Source of the DNA: an uncultured Collinsella sp.
GTDB taxonomy: Bacteria; Actinomycetota; Coriobacteriia; Coriobacteriales; Coriobacteriaceae
Length of the DNA: 64,000 nucleotides
Reading direction: 5' to 3'
Assembly (NCBI GenBank): GCA_958354105.1
Contig: CATWVA010000001.1
Coordinates: 202,501 to 266,500, forward strand
The position numbers and the translations under genes were made by a program. Within the stretch, counting starts at the first letter, position 1. The number at the start of each line of letters is the position of its first letter. Below are positions 48,219 through 56,984 of the stretch, one piece after another. The notes beneath the pieces are model-generated. The model was given only the letters and a program-made list of their open reading frames with translations, had not been told where the DNA came from and made no database searches.

Positions 48219-49613
48219 TTACTTCTTGCTCTCGGGCAAGACCAGATCCACGGCAGCGTCCTTGGCAGCATCGATGTGCTGAGCCACGACCGGCGTCTGC
48301 GGAAGGATCAGGTTAAGGACAATGGCCATAATGGCGGTGGGGGTTACGGCATTGGAGCCGATGACGGTGGACACCCAGGCGGGCATGCCCTCGCCGGCAA
48401 GGCAACCGCTGGCCATCCAGATACCCAGGCCAAAGACGACGGAGGTACCGACGATGGTGGTAGTGCGCTGCGTGAGGCCCTCGCGGGTGAACATGCGCAC
48501 GCCGTTCATGGTGATGGTGCCAAAGACGCCGACGGTCGCGCCGCCGATAACGGGCTGCGGGATAGCGGAAAGGACGGCAGAGAGCTGCGGGAACAGACCG
48601 GCGATGGCAAAGACGGCCGCGATGATCACAAAGACCCACTTGTTAACGACCTTGTTGGAGCAGATGATGCCCACGTTCTGGCCAAGGGCGCTGGTGGGAA
48701 GACCGCCCAGCAGGCCGCCGACCATAGAGGTGAGGCCCTGCGACACGATAGCGCCGGAGAGCTCGCGCTCGGTGGGCATACGGTCGATGGAGCCCAGGCA
48801 GGCGGCGGAGACGTCACCGATAACCTGGATGGCAACCATGGGGAACACGACGGCGAGGGTAATGCAGACCTCGGGATCAAACTCGAGCGCGTAGGGCATG
48901 AGCTTGGGAAGGGCGAAGACCTGGGCGGTGGCGACGCTGGAGAAGTCGATCATGCCAAAGGGGATGGAGACGATCATACCGACGATCATGCCAAAGAACA
49001 CGGATCCCAGCTTGAGCGTGCCCTTGCCAAAGTTGGCGAGCGCAAAGACCACGGCAAAGGTGATAAGAGCGACGCACCAGGCCTGCGGGGTACCCCACAG
49101 CGGCGTACCCATACCGCCGGCCATATACTTGACGGCCGTGGGATAGAGAGAGACGCCAATGGAGAAGATGACCGTACCGGTCACGACGGGCGGGAACAGC
49201 CACTTGATCTTGCTGTAGGCCAGACCAAAGAGGACCGCGACGGCGCCGCCGACGATCTCGCCTCCCAACAGCGCGCCAAAGCTAAAGCCCGAGGCGCCCA
49301 TGGCCTGCAGGGCCGGGAGGAACGCGAACGAAACGCCCATGACGATGGGCAGGCCGCCGCCGATGCGACGGAAGGGAGCGAAAGCCTGAAGGGCCGTGTC
49401 GATCGCCGAAAGAATGAGCGCGACCTGAATGATATCGGTGCTCTGCTGGCTATTAAAGCCGTAGACGCCGGCCATGATGACCGCCGGGGTAATGATGCCG
49501 GCAAACGATGCCAGTACGTGCTGAAGGGCACACGGGATCATTTCCTTAACGGGAGGCATGCCTTCGCGAGTGAACAGGGCTTCAGTGCCGTTCGTAACCG
49601 TCTCCTGGGTCAT
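48219..49613 (-). CDS. NCS2-family nucleobase permease (xanthine/uric acid type)
   Basis: 464 aa, multi-TM, xanthine/uracil permease family character. First gene of the ssnA-ygfK-xdhD string. Confidence 0.85.
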   Translation of the reverse strand: MTQETVTNGTEALFTREGMPPVKEMIPCALQHVLASFAGIITPAVIMAGVYGFNSQQSTDIIQVALILSAIDTALQAFAPFRRIGGGLPIVMGVSFAFLPALQAMGASGFSFGALLGGEIVGGAVAVLFGLAYSKIKWLFPPVVTGTVIFSIGVSLYPTAVKYMAGGMGTPLWGTPQAWCVALITFAVVFALANFGKGTLKLGSVFFGMIVGMIVSIPFGMIDFSSVATAQVFALPKLMPYALEFDPEVCITLAVVFPMVAIQVIGDVSAACLGSIDRMPTERELSGAIVSQGLTSMVGGLLGGLPTSALGQNVGIICSNKVVNKWVFVIIAAVFAIAGLFPQLSAVLSAIPQPVIGGATVGVFGTITMNGVRMFTREGLTQRTTTIVGTSVVFGLGIWMASGCLAGEGMPAWVSTVIGSNAVTPTAIMAIVLNLILPQTPVVAQHIDAAKDAAVDLVLPESKK

Positions 49614-49965
49614 TTGACCACCAATCCTCGAAATAGTTGTTTTCGCATCTAACGCTCTATTGTGACGCAGTGCGGGGTTGAGGTTGTGCCTTCGTTGGAT
49701 ATCGTATTAAAGATGGTTCTTATTCTCAATAATAATTTTTTGTTATCAGACTATTCTTAAGCTGAAATAACTCGTTTCCGCAGGTCAGGAATGTGTCTGG
49801 TCTAAATAACATCTTACTTTTCTTTTGGTCGACCGTTTACCGCCAAAATCATACCGTTCGTCTGCATTACGCAATGTACCTGCGGATATACGAGATGATG
49901 AGCAGCGTGTTACCATGAGAAAAAATTGTTATGAACATTTCCGATTTCACCCAAAGGAGTTACCC

Positions 49966-50622
49966 GTGAACGAGACCGTACGCCGCTTTTTGCCGATGGT
50001 CGATTTCTTGGAGCAGATACTCGGTAAGAACAGCGAGATCGTGCTGCACGATTTCTCGGATCCCGACCACGCCATCGTCGATATTCGCAACGGCATCGTG
50101 AGTGGCCGCAAGGTCGGCGGTCCCGCCACCGATCTGGCGCTCAAGATCATGCACGACCCCAAGTATCGCGACCTGCCGTTTATTACGGGCTACGAGGGCC
50201 GCGGCGCCGGAGGCAAGACGCTGGAGTCCGCGACGTTCTTTATCCGCGAGGATGACGAGATCGTCGGTATGCTCTGCGTCAACACCGACCTCTCGACCGT
50301 GCGCTCCATCAACGCCATGGCGCAGCAGCTCATGGCGTGCTTCGACGCGGCGCCGACGCGCACGGAGCCCGCCCCTATCGAGGTCGAAAGCCTTTCGGAG
50401 TCCACACAGGAGCTCATCGACCGCAGCATTGCCGAGTTGCTGAGCGCGCGCGGGCTGGATGTAGCGTCGCTTGGTCAGAGCGACCGCGTGGACGTCATTC
50501 GCCACCTCAACGGCAACGGGGTGTTCATGCTCAAGGGCGCCGTGGCCTGTGCCGCCACCGCGTTGGGCATCTCGGAGCCCAGCGTGTACCGCTACCTGCA
50601 AAAAGTCCGCAAGGAGGGCTAA
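49966..50622 (+). CDS. YheO-like transcriptional regulator, paralog 2
   Basis: 218 aa from GTG 49966, preceded by AAAGGAG. Has SEIVLHDFSDPDHAIVDIRNGIVSGRKVGGP and the C-terminal ATALGISEPSVYRYLQK. The track ORF starts at 49825. Confidence 0.75.
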   Translation: MNETVRRFLPMVDFLEQILGKNSEIVLHDFSDPDHAIVDIRNGIVSGRKVGGPATDLALKIMHDPKYRDLPFITGYEGRGAGGKTLESATFFIREDDEIVGMLCVNTDLSTVRSINAMAQQLMACFDAAPTRTEPAPIEVESLSESTQELIDRSIAELLSARGLDVASLGQSDRVDVIRHLNGNGVFMLKGAVACAATALGISEPSVYRYLQKVRKEG

Positions 50623-50666
50623 CGAGCAAAATGGAGCGCGGCTCCACAAGCGATTCGTCACTTGAC

Positions 50667-50705
50667 AAAAGACCCTGCAGCTCGCACGCGCTGCAGGGTC
50701 TTTTT
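50667..50705. terminator. bidirectional rho-independent terminator between the YheO-like gene and ridA
   Basis: AAAA-gaccctgcagc-N8-gctgcagggtc-TTTTT. Confidence 0.85.
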
Positions 50706-50734
50706 GCATGTCATGTTTAGTTGTGGCCAACGCC

Positions 50735-51112
50735 TTAGAGAGCGGCGACGACCTCGATCTCGACCAGACCGCCAGCCGGAAGAGCGGCAACCTGAAAAGC
50801 GCTGCGCGCGGGGAACGGGGCCTCGAACTTGGAGGCGTAGATCTCGTTTACGGCAGCGAAGTCGGCAATGTCAGCCAGGTAGACTGTGGTCTTGACGACA
50901 TCGGCAAAGGTGGCGCCGGCAGCGGTCAGCAGGGCCTCGACGTTAGCAAGGGACTGCTTGGCCTGGGCCTCGACGCCCTCGGGCATCTTGCCAGTTGCGG
51001 GATCGATGCCCAGCTGGCCGGACAGGAACACCATGTTGCCGGTCTGGATACCAGGGGAATACGGGCCGATGGCTGCGGGTGCGTTATCGGAAGACACGAC
51101 GGTCTTGCTCAT
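50735..51112 (-). CDS. ridA: RidA-family reactive enamine/imine deaminase
   Basis: 125 aa from ATG 51112 (MSKTVVSSDNAPAAIGPYSPGI), preceded by AAGGAG. YjgF/RidA signature. Confidence 0.9.
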   Translation of the reverse strand: MSKTVVSSDNAPAAIGPYSPGIQTGNMVFLSGQLGIDPATGKMPEGVEAQAKQSLANVEALLTAAGATFADVVKTTVYLADIADFAAVNEIYASKFEAPFPARSAFQVAALPAGGLVEIEVVAAL

Positions 51113-51410
51113 GTTTTTCTCCTTACAAGTAAAAGGGAACGAGAGCGCGGCGTTCACACCGGGAGGCACAGTTCGGTCTGAACACCGCGCTTGATTGGGA
51201 TAGTACTCAAGGTTTCCGCGCGATGCAAGATTATTATCACGTTGCGAGAATATTTTATCGTCCAACGGTTTCCCTGGACCGCTGAACGGTTCTCCACGGG
51301 GTCAGCCAGCCCAAGCTGCTGAAGACTTTATCCCGCTTGGAGCACGGGCATCGCCTGCCGCGACGGCACCACTATACTTTCGAGTATCTGAGCATTTTGA
51401 AAGGCAGGAT

Positions 51411-53906
51411 ATGACCGCAACCGCCAGTCGAACCACCAACCGCAGACCCGAGCTTTTAGCGCCCGCCGGAGGGCCCGAGCCCTTTGCCGCCGCACTCGCC
51501 GCCGGGGCAGACGCCATCTACTGCGGCATGGGCAGCTTCAACGCCCGCCGCAAGGCAACGAACTTTACCGACGAGGCCTTTGAGCAGGCCTGCCGTGCTG
51601 CACACCTGGCCGGCTCGCGCGTCTACGTCACGGTCAACATCGTCATCAAGGAATCCGAGATGAGCGATGCGCTGCAGCTCATCCATCGCTGCTCCACGCT
51701 GGGCGCTGACGCCTTCATCATCCAGGACTGGGGCCTGTTCTTTGAGGTCAAGCGCACCATGCCCGGCATCGAGACGCACATCTCAACCCAAGCAAACATC
51801 CACGACGACCGCGGAACCCTTTGGTGCCGTGAGCAGGGCGCCGACCGCGTGACCCTCTCGCGCGAGCTTTCCATCGACGAGATTGCCACCATTCACGACG
51901 CTGCGCCCGATGTTGACCTTGAGGTCTTTAGCCACGGCGCCATCTGCTTTTGCTACTCGGGTCTGTGCCTGCTGTCGAGCTTTGCCATGGCGGGCCGCTC
52001 GGCCAACCGCGGCATGTGCGCTCAGCCCTGTCGCCTACCCTACGAGCTAATTGACGAGAACGGCCGCTCGCTCTCCCCTGCCGGTCGCGAGCGCGCACTG
52101 TGCCCGCGCGACACCAACACTTCGCAGCTTGTTCGCCGTCTGTATGACGCCGGCGCCGCATCGCTCAAGCTCGAGGGCCGCATGAAGGCTCCCGATTACG
52201 TGTACTCCATCGTCGATGTGTACCGTCACCAGATTGATGACATGCTTGCCGATGTTTCGACCTCTAAGGATGAGGATGCCGCCCGCCAGCGCCAGCTCAA
52301 GCGCTGCTTTAACCGCGACTTTACGCACGCCTACCAGGATGGCACCTCGGGCGACGAGATGATGAGCTACGAGCGCTCCAACAACCGCGGCCAGATTGTG
52401 GGCACGGTGCTGGGCAGCCGCCTGGCCAACCGCGATGTACGCGGACTCAAGCCCGACGATCGCCGTCGCCGCGCCGCCATCGCCCGCATTGAGCTGTTTG
52501 AGCCCGTGGGCAAGGGCGACCTGCTGGAGCTTCGCCACGATAACGAGTTTGACCAGTTCCTGACCACCATTGCCGCCGATGATGCCGCTGCCGGCGATGT
52601 TATCGAGTGTCGCGTGCCCCGTAGCATGCCCGAGGGCTGCCGCGTGCGCGTGATTCGAAGCCAGCGCGCCATTGACGCCGCCGGCGCCGCGCTCAAGCGC
52701 GATGTGCTGCGCCGCCGCGCCGTAGACGTGTCCGTTGTGGCGCGTCTGGGCGAGCCGTTTGCCGTTGCGCTCACCTGTTGCGACGATCCTTCGCTTACGG
52801 CCACGGCCACGGGCTTTACCGTCGAGGCTGCCAAGACCCGCGCCGTCGAGGCATCCGATCTGGTTGAGCACGTCGGGCGCATGGGCTCCTCCCCCTTTGA
52901 GGCCGCAAGCTTTGACGTTTCGCTCGACGCCGGCTGCGGTATGGGCTTTTCCGCCGTGCACAAGGTGCGCGCCGCCGCTTGTAAGGCGCTGGAAGAGGCC
53001 ATTCTGGCACCGTACGAGGAGCGCACGAAAACGCTCGAGCTGCCGGCGATTGTAACCAGTGATTCCCGCCCCGCGCCCGAGCACTACCGCGATGAGCCGC
53101 AGATCTGTGCCACCGTCACCTCGCTCGAGGCCGCCGAGGCCGCTCGCGCCGAGGGTGTAACGCGCATCTACATGACCACCGACGCGCTCGATGCGGCCGA
53201 GCTCTCCCCCGCCGATGCATTTGAGCAGGGCATCGTACCCGTGCTCGACGAGGTCTGCCGCGCCGTTGACCACGTACGCGTCGACCCGTGGGTTGTTGCC
53301 GGCGCCACGGTCGCTATTGGCAACATCTCTGAGCTTGCCCTGGCCGCCCAGGTTGGCGCTACGGCCGAGATTCGCTCTTGCCTGCCGGTACACAACACGC
53401 CCTGCATGGAGGCGCTTGCCGAGCGCGGAGCCGGTGCGTTTTGGCTCTCGCCCGAGATCACGCTCGACGAGATTGTCTCGCTCGGCACCGCCGCGCCCGC
53501 GGCTCTAGGCATCACCGTCTTTGGCCGCCCGCGCGTCATGACAAGCGAGCATTGCATTCTGCAGGTTGCCAACGGCTGCATCCACGATTGTGCCAACTGC
53601 CGCTTGCGCGCCCGCAAGCTGTCGCTCAAGAATATCGACGGAAAGGTCATGCCCGTGCGTACCGACATCCATGGCCGCTCTCGCTTGTACGACGCCTACC
53701 CCATCGACCTTACGCCGCAGGTACCACAGCTGCTCGACGCCGGCGTCCGTCGTCTTATGGTCGACGGAACCCTGCTCGAGGCCGATGAGATTGGCCGTGC
53801 CGTCGCTCGCGTCCGTCGCGCCGTCGAGGCGGCTCAAGCCGGCCGCAAGCCCGCCGCCCGTCTGCGCGGCGCCACCTCGGGCTGCATGTTTGTGGGAATT
53901 AGCTAA
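51411..53906 (+). CDS. U32 family protein, very long form (831 aa)
   Basis: PELLAPAGGPEPFAAALAAGADAIYCGMGSFNARR N-terminus. It is a paralog of the 9932-11890 gene with a long C-terminal extension. Confidence 0.85.
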   Translation: MTATASRTTNRRPELLAPAGGPEPFAAALAAGADAIYCGMGSFNARRKATNFTDEAFEQACRAAHLAGSRVYVTVNIVIKESEMSDALQLIHRCSTLGADAFIIQDWGLFFEVKRTMPGIETHISTQANIHDDRGTLWCREQGADRVTLSRELSIDEIATIHDAAPDVDLEVFSHGAICFCYSGLCLLSSFAMAGRSANRGMCAQPCRLPYELIDENGRSLSPAGRERALCPRDTNTSQLVRRLYDAGAASLKLEGRMKAPDYVYSIVDVYRHQIDDMLADVSTSKDEDAARQRQLKRCFNRDFTHAYQDGTSGDEMMSYERSNNRGQIVGTVLGSRLANRDVRGLKPDDRRRRAAIARIELFEPVGKGDLLELRHDNEFDQFLTTIAADDAAAGDVIECRVPRSMPEGCRVRVIRSQRAIDAAGAALKRDVLRRRAVDVSVVARLGEPFAVALTCCDDPSLTATATGFTVEAAKTRAVEASDLVEHVGRMGSSPFEAASFDVSLDAGCGMGFSAVHKVRAAACKALEEAILAPYEERTKTLELPAIVTSDSRPAPEHYRDEPQICATVTSLEAAEAARAEGVTRIYMTTDALDAAELSPADAFEQGIVPVLDEVCRAVDHVRVDPWVVAGATVAIGNISELALAAQVGATAEIRSCLPVHNTPCMEALAERGAGAFWLSPEITLDEIVSLGTAAPAALGITVFGRPRVMTSEHCILQVANGCIHDCANCRLRARKLSLKNIDGKVMPVRTDIHGRSRLYDAYPIDLTPQVPQLLDAGVRRLMVDGTLLEADEIGRAVARVRRAVEAAQAGRKPAARLRGATSGCMFVGIS

Positions 53907-53921
53907 CCGAAAGGCTTACAC

Positions 53922-54581
53922 GTGAACGAAGAACCTCAAGTCCTCTACTGCGACGCCTGGCTCATGGCCATCGATAAGCCCGCTGGCATGATCGTCCACG
54001 GTGACGGCACCGGCGAGCGCACGCTCACCGACTACGCCAGCGACCTGCTGCTGGCGATGGGCGACGGCTTTGCCGCGACTGACATGCAGCCGCTCAACCG
54101 CCTGGACCGCAACACCACCGGCGTGGTGTTGTTCTCGCTCGACAAGCAGACGCAGCCCGCCTTTGACCAGATGATTATCGACCACGCTTTCGAAAAGCAC
54201 TACCTGGCGCTCGCCGAGGGCAAAATCGACTGGAACGAGAAGCTCATCGACAAGCCCATCGCCCGCGCCCGTCACGACAGCCGAAAGATGCGCGTCGGCG
54301 CCAGCGGCAAGCCGTCTCAAACGCGCGTCAAGGTGCTCAAGCGTCTTAAGAGCCGTCGTGGTCTGCCCACGCGCTCGTATATCGATGTCGAGTTACTCAC
54401 CGGCCGCAAGCATCAGATTCGCGTGCACCTGGCGAGCGAGCGTCATCCCCTTGTTGGCGACGACCTATACGGAACGCCGCGCCCCTGCGGCCTGATGCTC
54501 CACGCCCACAGCGTGTCCTTCACGCATCCCGTAACCGGCGAGCATATCTATATCGAAGCCCCCTGCCCCTGGGAGCCCTAA
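53922..54581 (+). CDS. RluA-family pseudouridine synthase
   Basis: 219 aa with a GTG start. Has RLDRNTTGV (catalytic Asp) and GRKHQIRVHLA. Confidence 0.88.
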   Translation: MNEEPQVLYCDAWLMAIDKPAGMIVHGDGTGERTLTDYASDLLLAMGDGFAATDMQPLNRLDRNTTGVVLFSLDKQTQPAFDQMIIDHAFEKHYLALAEGKIDWNEKLIDKPIARARHDSRKMRVGASGKPSQTRVKVLKRLKSRRGLPTRSYIDVELLTGRKHQIRVHLASERHPLVGDDLYGTPRPCGLMLHAHSVSFTHPVTGEHIYIEAPCPWEP

Positions 54582-54610
54582 AACCTGCCGAAAAGGGACA
54601 GGTTTATTTT
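54582..54610 (+). terminator. rho-independent terminator after the RluA-family gene
   Basis: aacctg-N11-caggtt followed by TATTTT. The stem is short. Confidence 0.5.
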
Positions 54611-54629
54611 GGCAGGTTTTATCTGGGCA

Positions 54630-54676
54630 AACGTCAAAACCACCACAAAGGTTCCTGCCCCTTCGCGGTGGTTTTG
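54630..54676 (-). terminator. rho-independent terminator after the DeoR gene
   Basis: Stem aaaccacc/ggtggttt with a roughly 22-nt loop, followed on the minus strand by TTTTGACGTTT. Confidence 0.55.
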
Positions 54677-54697
54677 GCCTTAGCCCGTCCCCTGTTG

Positions 54698-55444
54698 TTA
54701 GACCGTGATGACGTTGTCCATTGCCCGGTACTTGGCGGGGACCTCGCCCGCGGTAATAATCGTTGCGTCGCGGAAGTCCGCAAACTTGACGGGCGCCACC
54801 ATGCCAAATTTACTGGCGTCCGAGATTACGAAGCGCTTGGCTGTATGACGCATCGAGATGCGCTTTACTTGCGCTTCCTCGATATCGGGCGCCGTGAAGC
54901 CCTGCTCGGCGGCAATGCCGTTAGAGCCCCAAAAGCCACAGTTGAAGTTGTAGCGGTCTAAGGTTGCCAAGGCATCGGGGCCAACGAGCGCCTCGGTCTC
55001 GGGTTTGAGCTCGCCGCCCAGCACCACGGTACGCATGCCGCGCAAAGCAAGGCGCTGAGCATGGAGCACGGAATCGGTCACATAGGTGACATCTTCAAGG
55101 TGTGGAAGATGCTCGATGAGCCTGAGCGTCGTCGATCCCGAGTCGATGTATACAAAGCTCTCAGGCTCCACCAGCGCTGCCGCACGGGCGCAGATACGCT
55201 CCTTGTCGTCGTTGTGCAGATCGCTGCGCTCATTGAGCGTCAGGTCGCGCGTCACGTGCGCACGCTCAAGGCTCGTCGCTCCACCGTGGACCTTGGCGAT
55301 GCGGTGTGCGCGGTCGAGCGTCTGCAGGTCGCGCCGAATGGTAGACGCCGTCACACCCAGTGCCTCAGCAAGCTCTGGCACGGTAACCGAGCCAGCCTGC
55401 TGCACCATCGATACGATCGCGTTGAGCCTATCTTCCGCAAGCAT
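54698..55444 (-). CDS. DeoR/GlpR-family transcriptional repressor
   Basis: 248 aa. N-terminal HTH (VTVPELAEALGVTASTIRRDLQTL) and a DeoR C-terminal sensor domain. Confidence 0.88.
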   Translation of the reverse strand: MLAEDRLNAIVSMVQQAGSVTVPELAEALGVTASTIRRDLQTLDRAHRIAKVHGGATSLERAHVTRDLTLNERSDLHNDDKERICARAAALVEPESFVYIDSGSTTLRLIEHLPHLEDVTYVTDSVLHAQRLALRGMRTVVLGGELKPETEALVGPDALATLDRYNFNCGFWGSNGIAAEQGFTAPDIEEAQVKRISMRHTAKRFVISDASKFGMVAPVKFADFRDATIITAGEVPAKYRAMDNVITV

Positions 55445-55447
55445 CGC

Positions 55448-56527
55448 TTACTCCTCCTCGGGGTACACGACTCCCCAGTCGGCGCGAAGCTTGGTCATAA
55501 GCTCCATAACATCAGAAGCATAATCCAGCAGCTCGCGCTTGGAGTCGTCGCCGGCAACGGCCTTCTCAAGATCGGCCATCTCATAGCAAAGGGCGTAAGC
55601 CTCGGTGCCGGCGTTGACCTCCTCGCGGTGGCCATCCTCAGTCCACACGATGGTCGCGTGATCGGCGCGCGGATAATCGTTGACCTCGATATAGCACTTG
55701 TCGAAGCTAATGACCGAACGCTTGGGCTGCTTGGAGTGGAGCGTAAGGCTCACCACGCCCAGCTGCTGTTCGGCATTACGGCAGACGATGCCGCCCGCAA
55801 CGTCAACACCGGTCTCGCAGGTGTTGCCCAGCGAAACGACCTCAGCGGGCTGGCTTGCCATAAAGAGACGCATGACGGACAGGGCATACACGCCAATATC
55901 GAGCATGGCACCGCCAGCAAGGTTGCGGTTGTAGAAGCGATTGGTCAGATCGCCGTACTCCTTATAGCTGCCAAAGTTGAGCTGGGCGAGATTCATGCGG
56001 CCGAACTCACCGACATCCATGCGGCGACGCAGCTCCTGATACAAAGGCATGTGGAGCACCGTGGTGGCGTCCATAAGGACAACGTTGTGCTCGTTGGCAA
56101 TGGCGCGGGCCTCGTCGAGCTCGGCAGAATTGAGGGTGATAGCCTTTTCACAGAGCACGTGCTTGCCAGCTGCCAGAGCGGCTCGCAGGTAGGTGATGTG
56201 AGTGTTGTGCGGCGTGGTGATATAGACTGCGTCAATGTTCGAATCGGCATAGAGGTCCTCGACCGTTTCATAGACCTTCTCAACGCCATGCTGCTCTGCA
56301 AAAGCCTGAGCCTTGGATAGTGTGCGGTTGGCAACGCCCGCAAGCTTGCGGCCGGCAAGAGAGAGAGACTGGGCCATCTGGTTGGCGATAACACCGCAAC
56401 CGATCACTGCCCAGCGGAGCTCGGGGGCCGTAAAAATATCGTTGGGGAATGGCTTGTCCTGGACCGAGGCAAATGCCACCTTAGCGGCTGCTTCGGCGTC
56501 GAGCGGAGCCTGTTTGGAATCTGCCAT
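55448..56527 (-). CDS. Gfo/Idh/MocA-family NAD(P)-dependent oxidoreductase
   Basis: 359 aa. Rossmann N-terminus RWAVIGCGVIANQMAQ and EKAITLN. Forms an operon with the DeoR gene (3-nt gap). Confidence 0.85.
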   Translation of the reverse strand: MADSKQAPLDAEAAAKVAFASVQDKPFPNDIFTAPELRWAVIGCGVIANQMAQSLSLAGRKLAGVANRTLSKAQAFAEQHGVEKVYETVEDLYADSNIDAVYITTPHNTHITYLRAALAAGKHVLCEKAITLNSAELDEARAIANEHNVVLMDATTVLHMPLYQELRRRMDVGEFGRMNLAQLNFGSYKEYGDLTNRFYNRNLAGGAMLDIGVYALSVMRLFMASQPAEVVSLGNTCETGVDVAGGIVCRNAEQQLGVVSLTLHSKQPKRSVISFDKCYIEVNDYPRADHATIVWTEDGHREEVNAGTEAYALCYEMADLEKAVAGDDSKRELLDYASDVMELMTKLRADWGVVYPEEE

Positions 56528-56578
56528 GATGTGCCTCCTAAGTCATCGGAAGTCCTTCATTTCTAACAACCCTATATT

Positions 56579-56592
56579 CGCACAATTGTGCG
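56579..56592. promoter_or_regulatory. 14-bp perfect palindrome cgcacaattgtgcg upstream of the oxidoreductase-DeoR operon (candidate operator)
   Basis: Read directly, about 52 nt upstream of the ATG at 56527. Confidence 0.35.
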
Positions 56593-56668
56593 CGTATCTA
56601 CTCGTGTTTGCGTGTTTATTTGCTTATCGGTCTATATTTTGCCATGTTTGGCAGATGTCTGTGCGGCT

Positions 56669-56708
56669 ATGCGCATTATCGCGCAAGGCTATGCGCATAA
56701 ATGCGCAT
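56669..56708. promoter_or_regulatory. three copies of the palindromic octamer ATGCGCAT (candidate operator array)
   Basis: Copies at 56669-56676, 56691-56698 and 56701-56708. The first two are embedded in a repeated ggctatgcgcat. Confidence 0.35.
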
Positions 56709-56804
56709 GCGACGATCCTTGTGAAACATTAAGGAACGAACACCATAGCCATAAAAGACAGAGTAGGCTGTATTACTCCACCCCTCTGGGGGCACCAGAC
56801 ATCA

Positions 56805-56977
56805 AAGGACCGTCCCAAACTGCCGGCACATAGGGACTGTCCCCAACGACTGGTCATTTAAGTCTGCCCCCAATGAATGGTCCCCAATAAATGCCAAGCG
56901 ACTTCCACTCATTTAAGTCTGTCCCCAATGAGTATGGGCATTTCCGCGGCACTCATTTAAGTCTGTCCCCAATGAGT
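56805..56977. repeat. GTCCCC-core repeat cluster D (at least 6 units; right junction of the 30-kb block)
   Basis: Cores at 56812, 56839, 56866 (gccccc), 56880, 56921 and 56965. The identical 28-mer cactcatttaagtctgtccccaatgagt occurs at 56907-56934 and 56950-56977 (and at 8401-8428). Confidence 0.85.
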
Positions 56978-56984
56978 AGGGATA

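Noticed and set aside
27320-49613. In-frame UGA (selenocysteine) recoding in the selenium-linked genes.
   Set aside because: All cluster genes are single uninterrupted ORFs of the expected length, and no adjacent split ORF pairs suggest a UGA readthrough. The family is known for a labile selenium cofactor rather than Sec.
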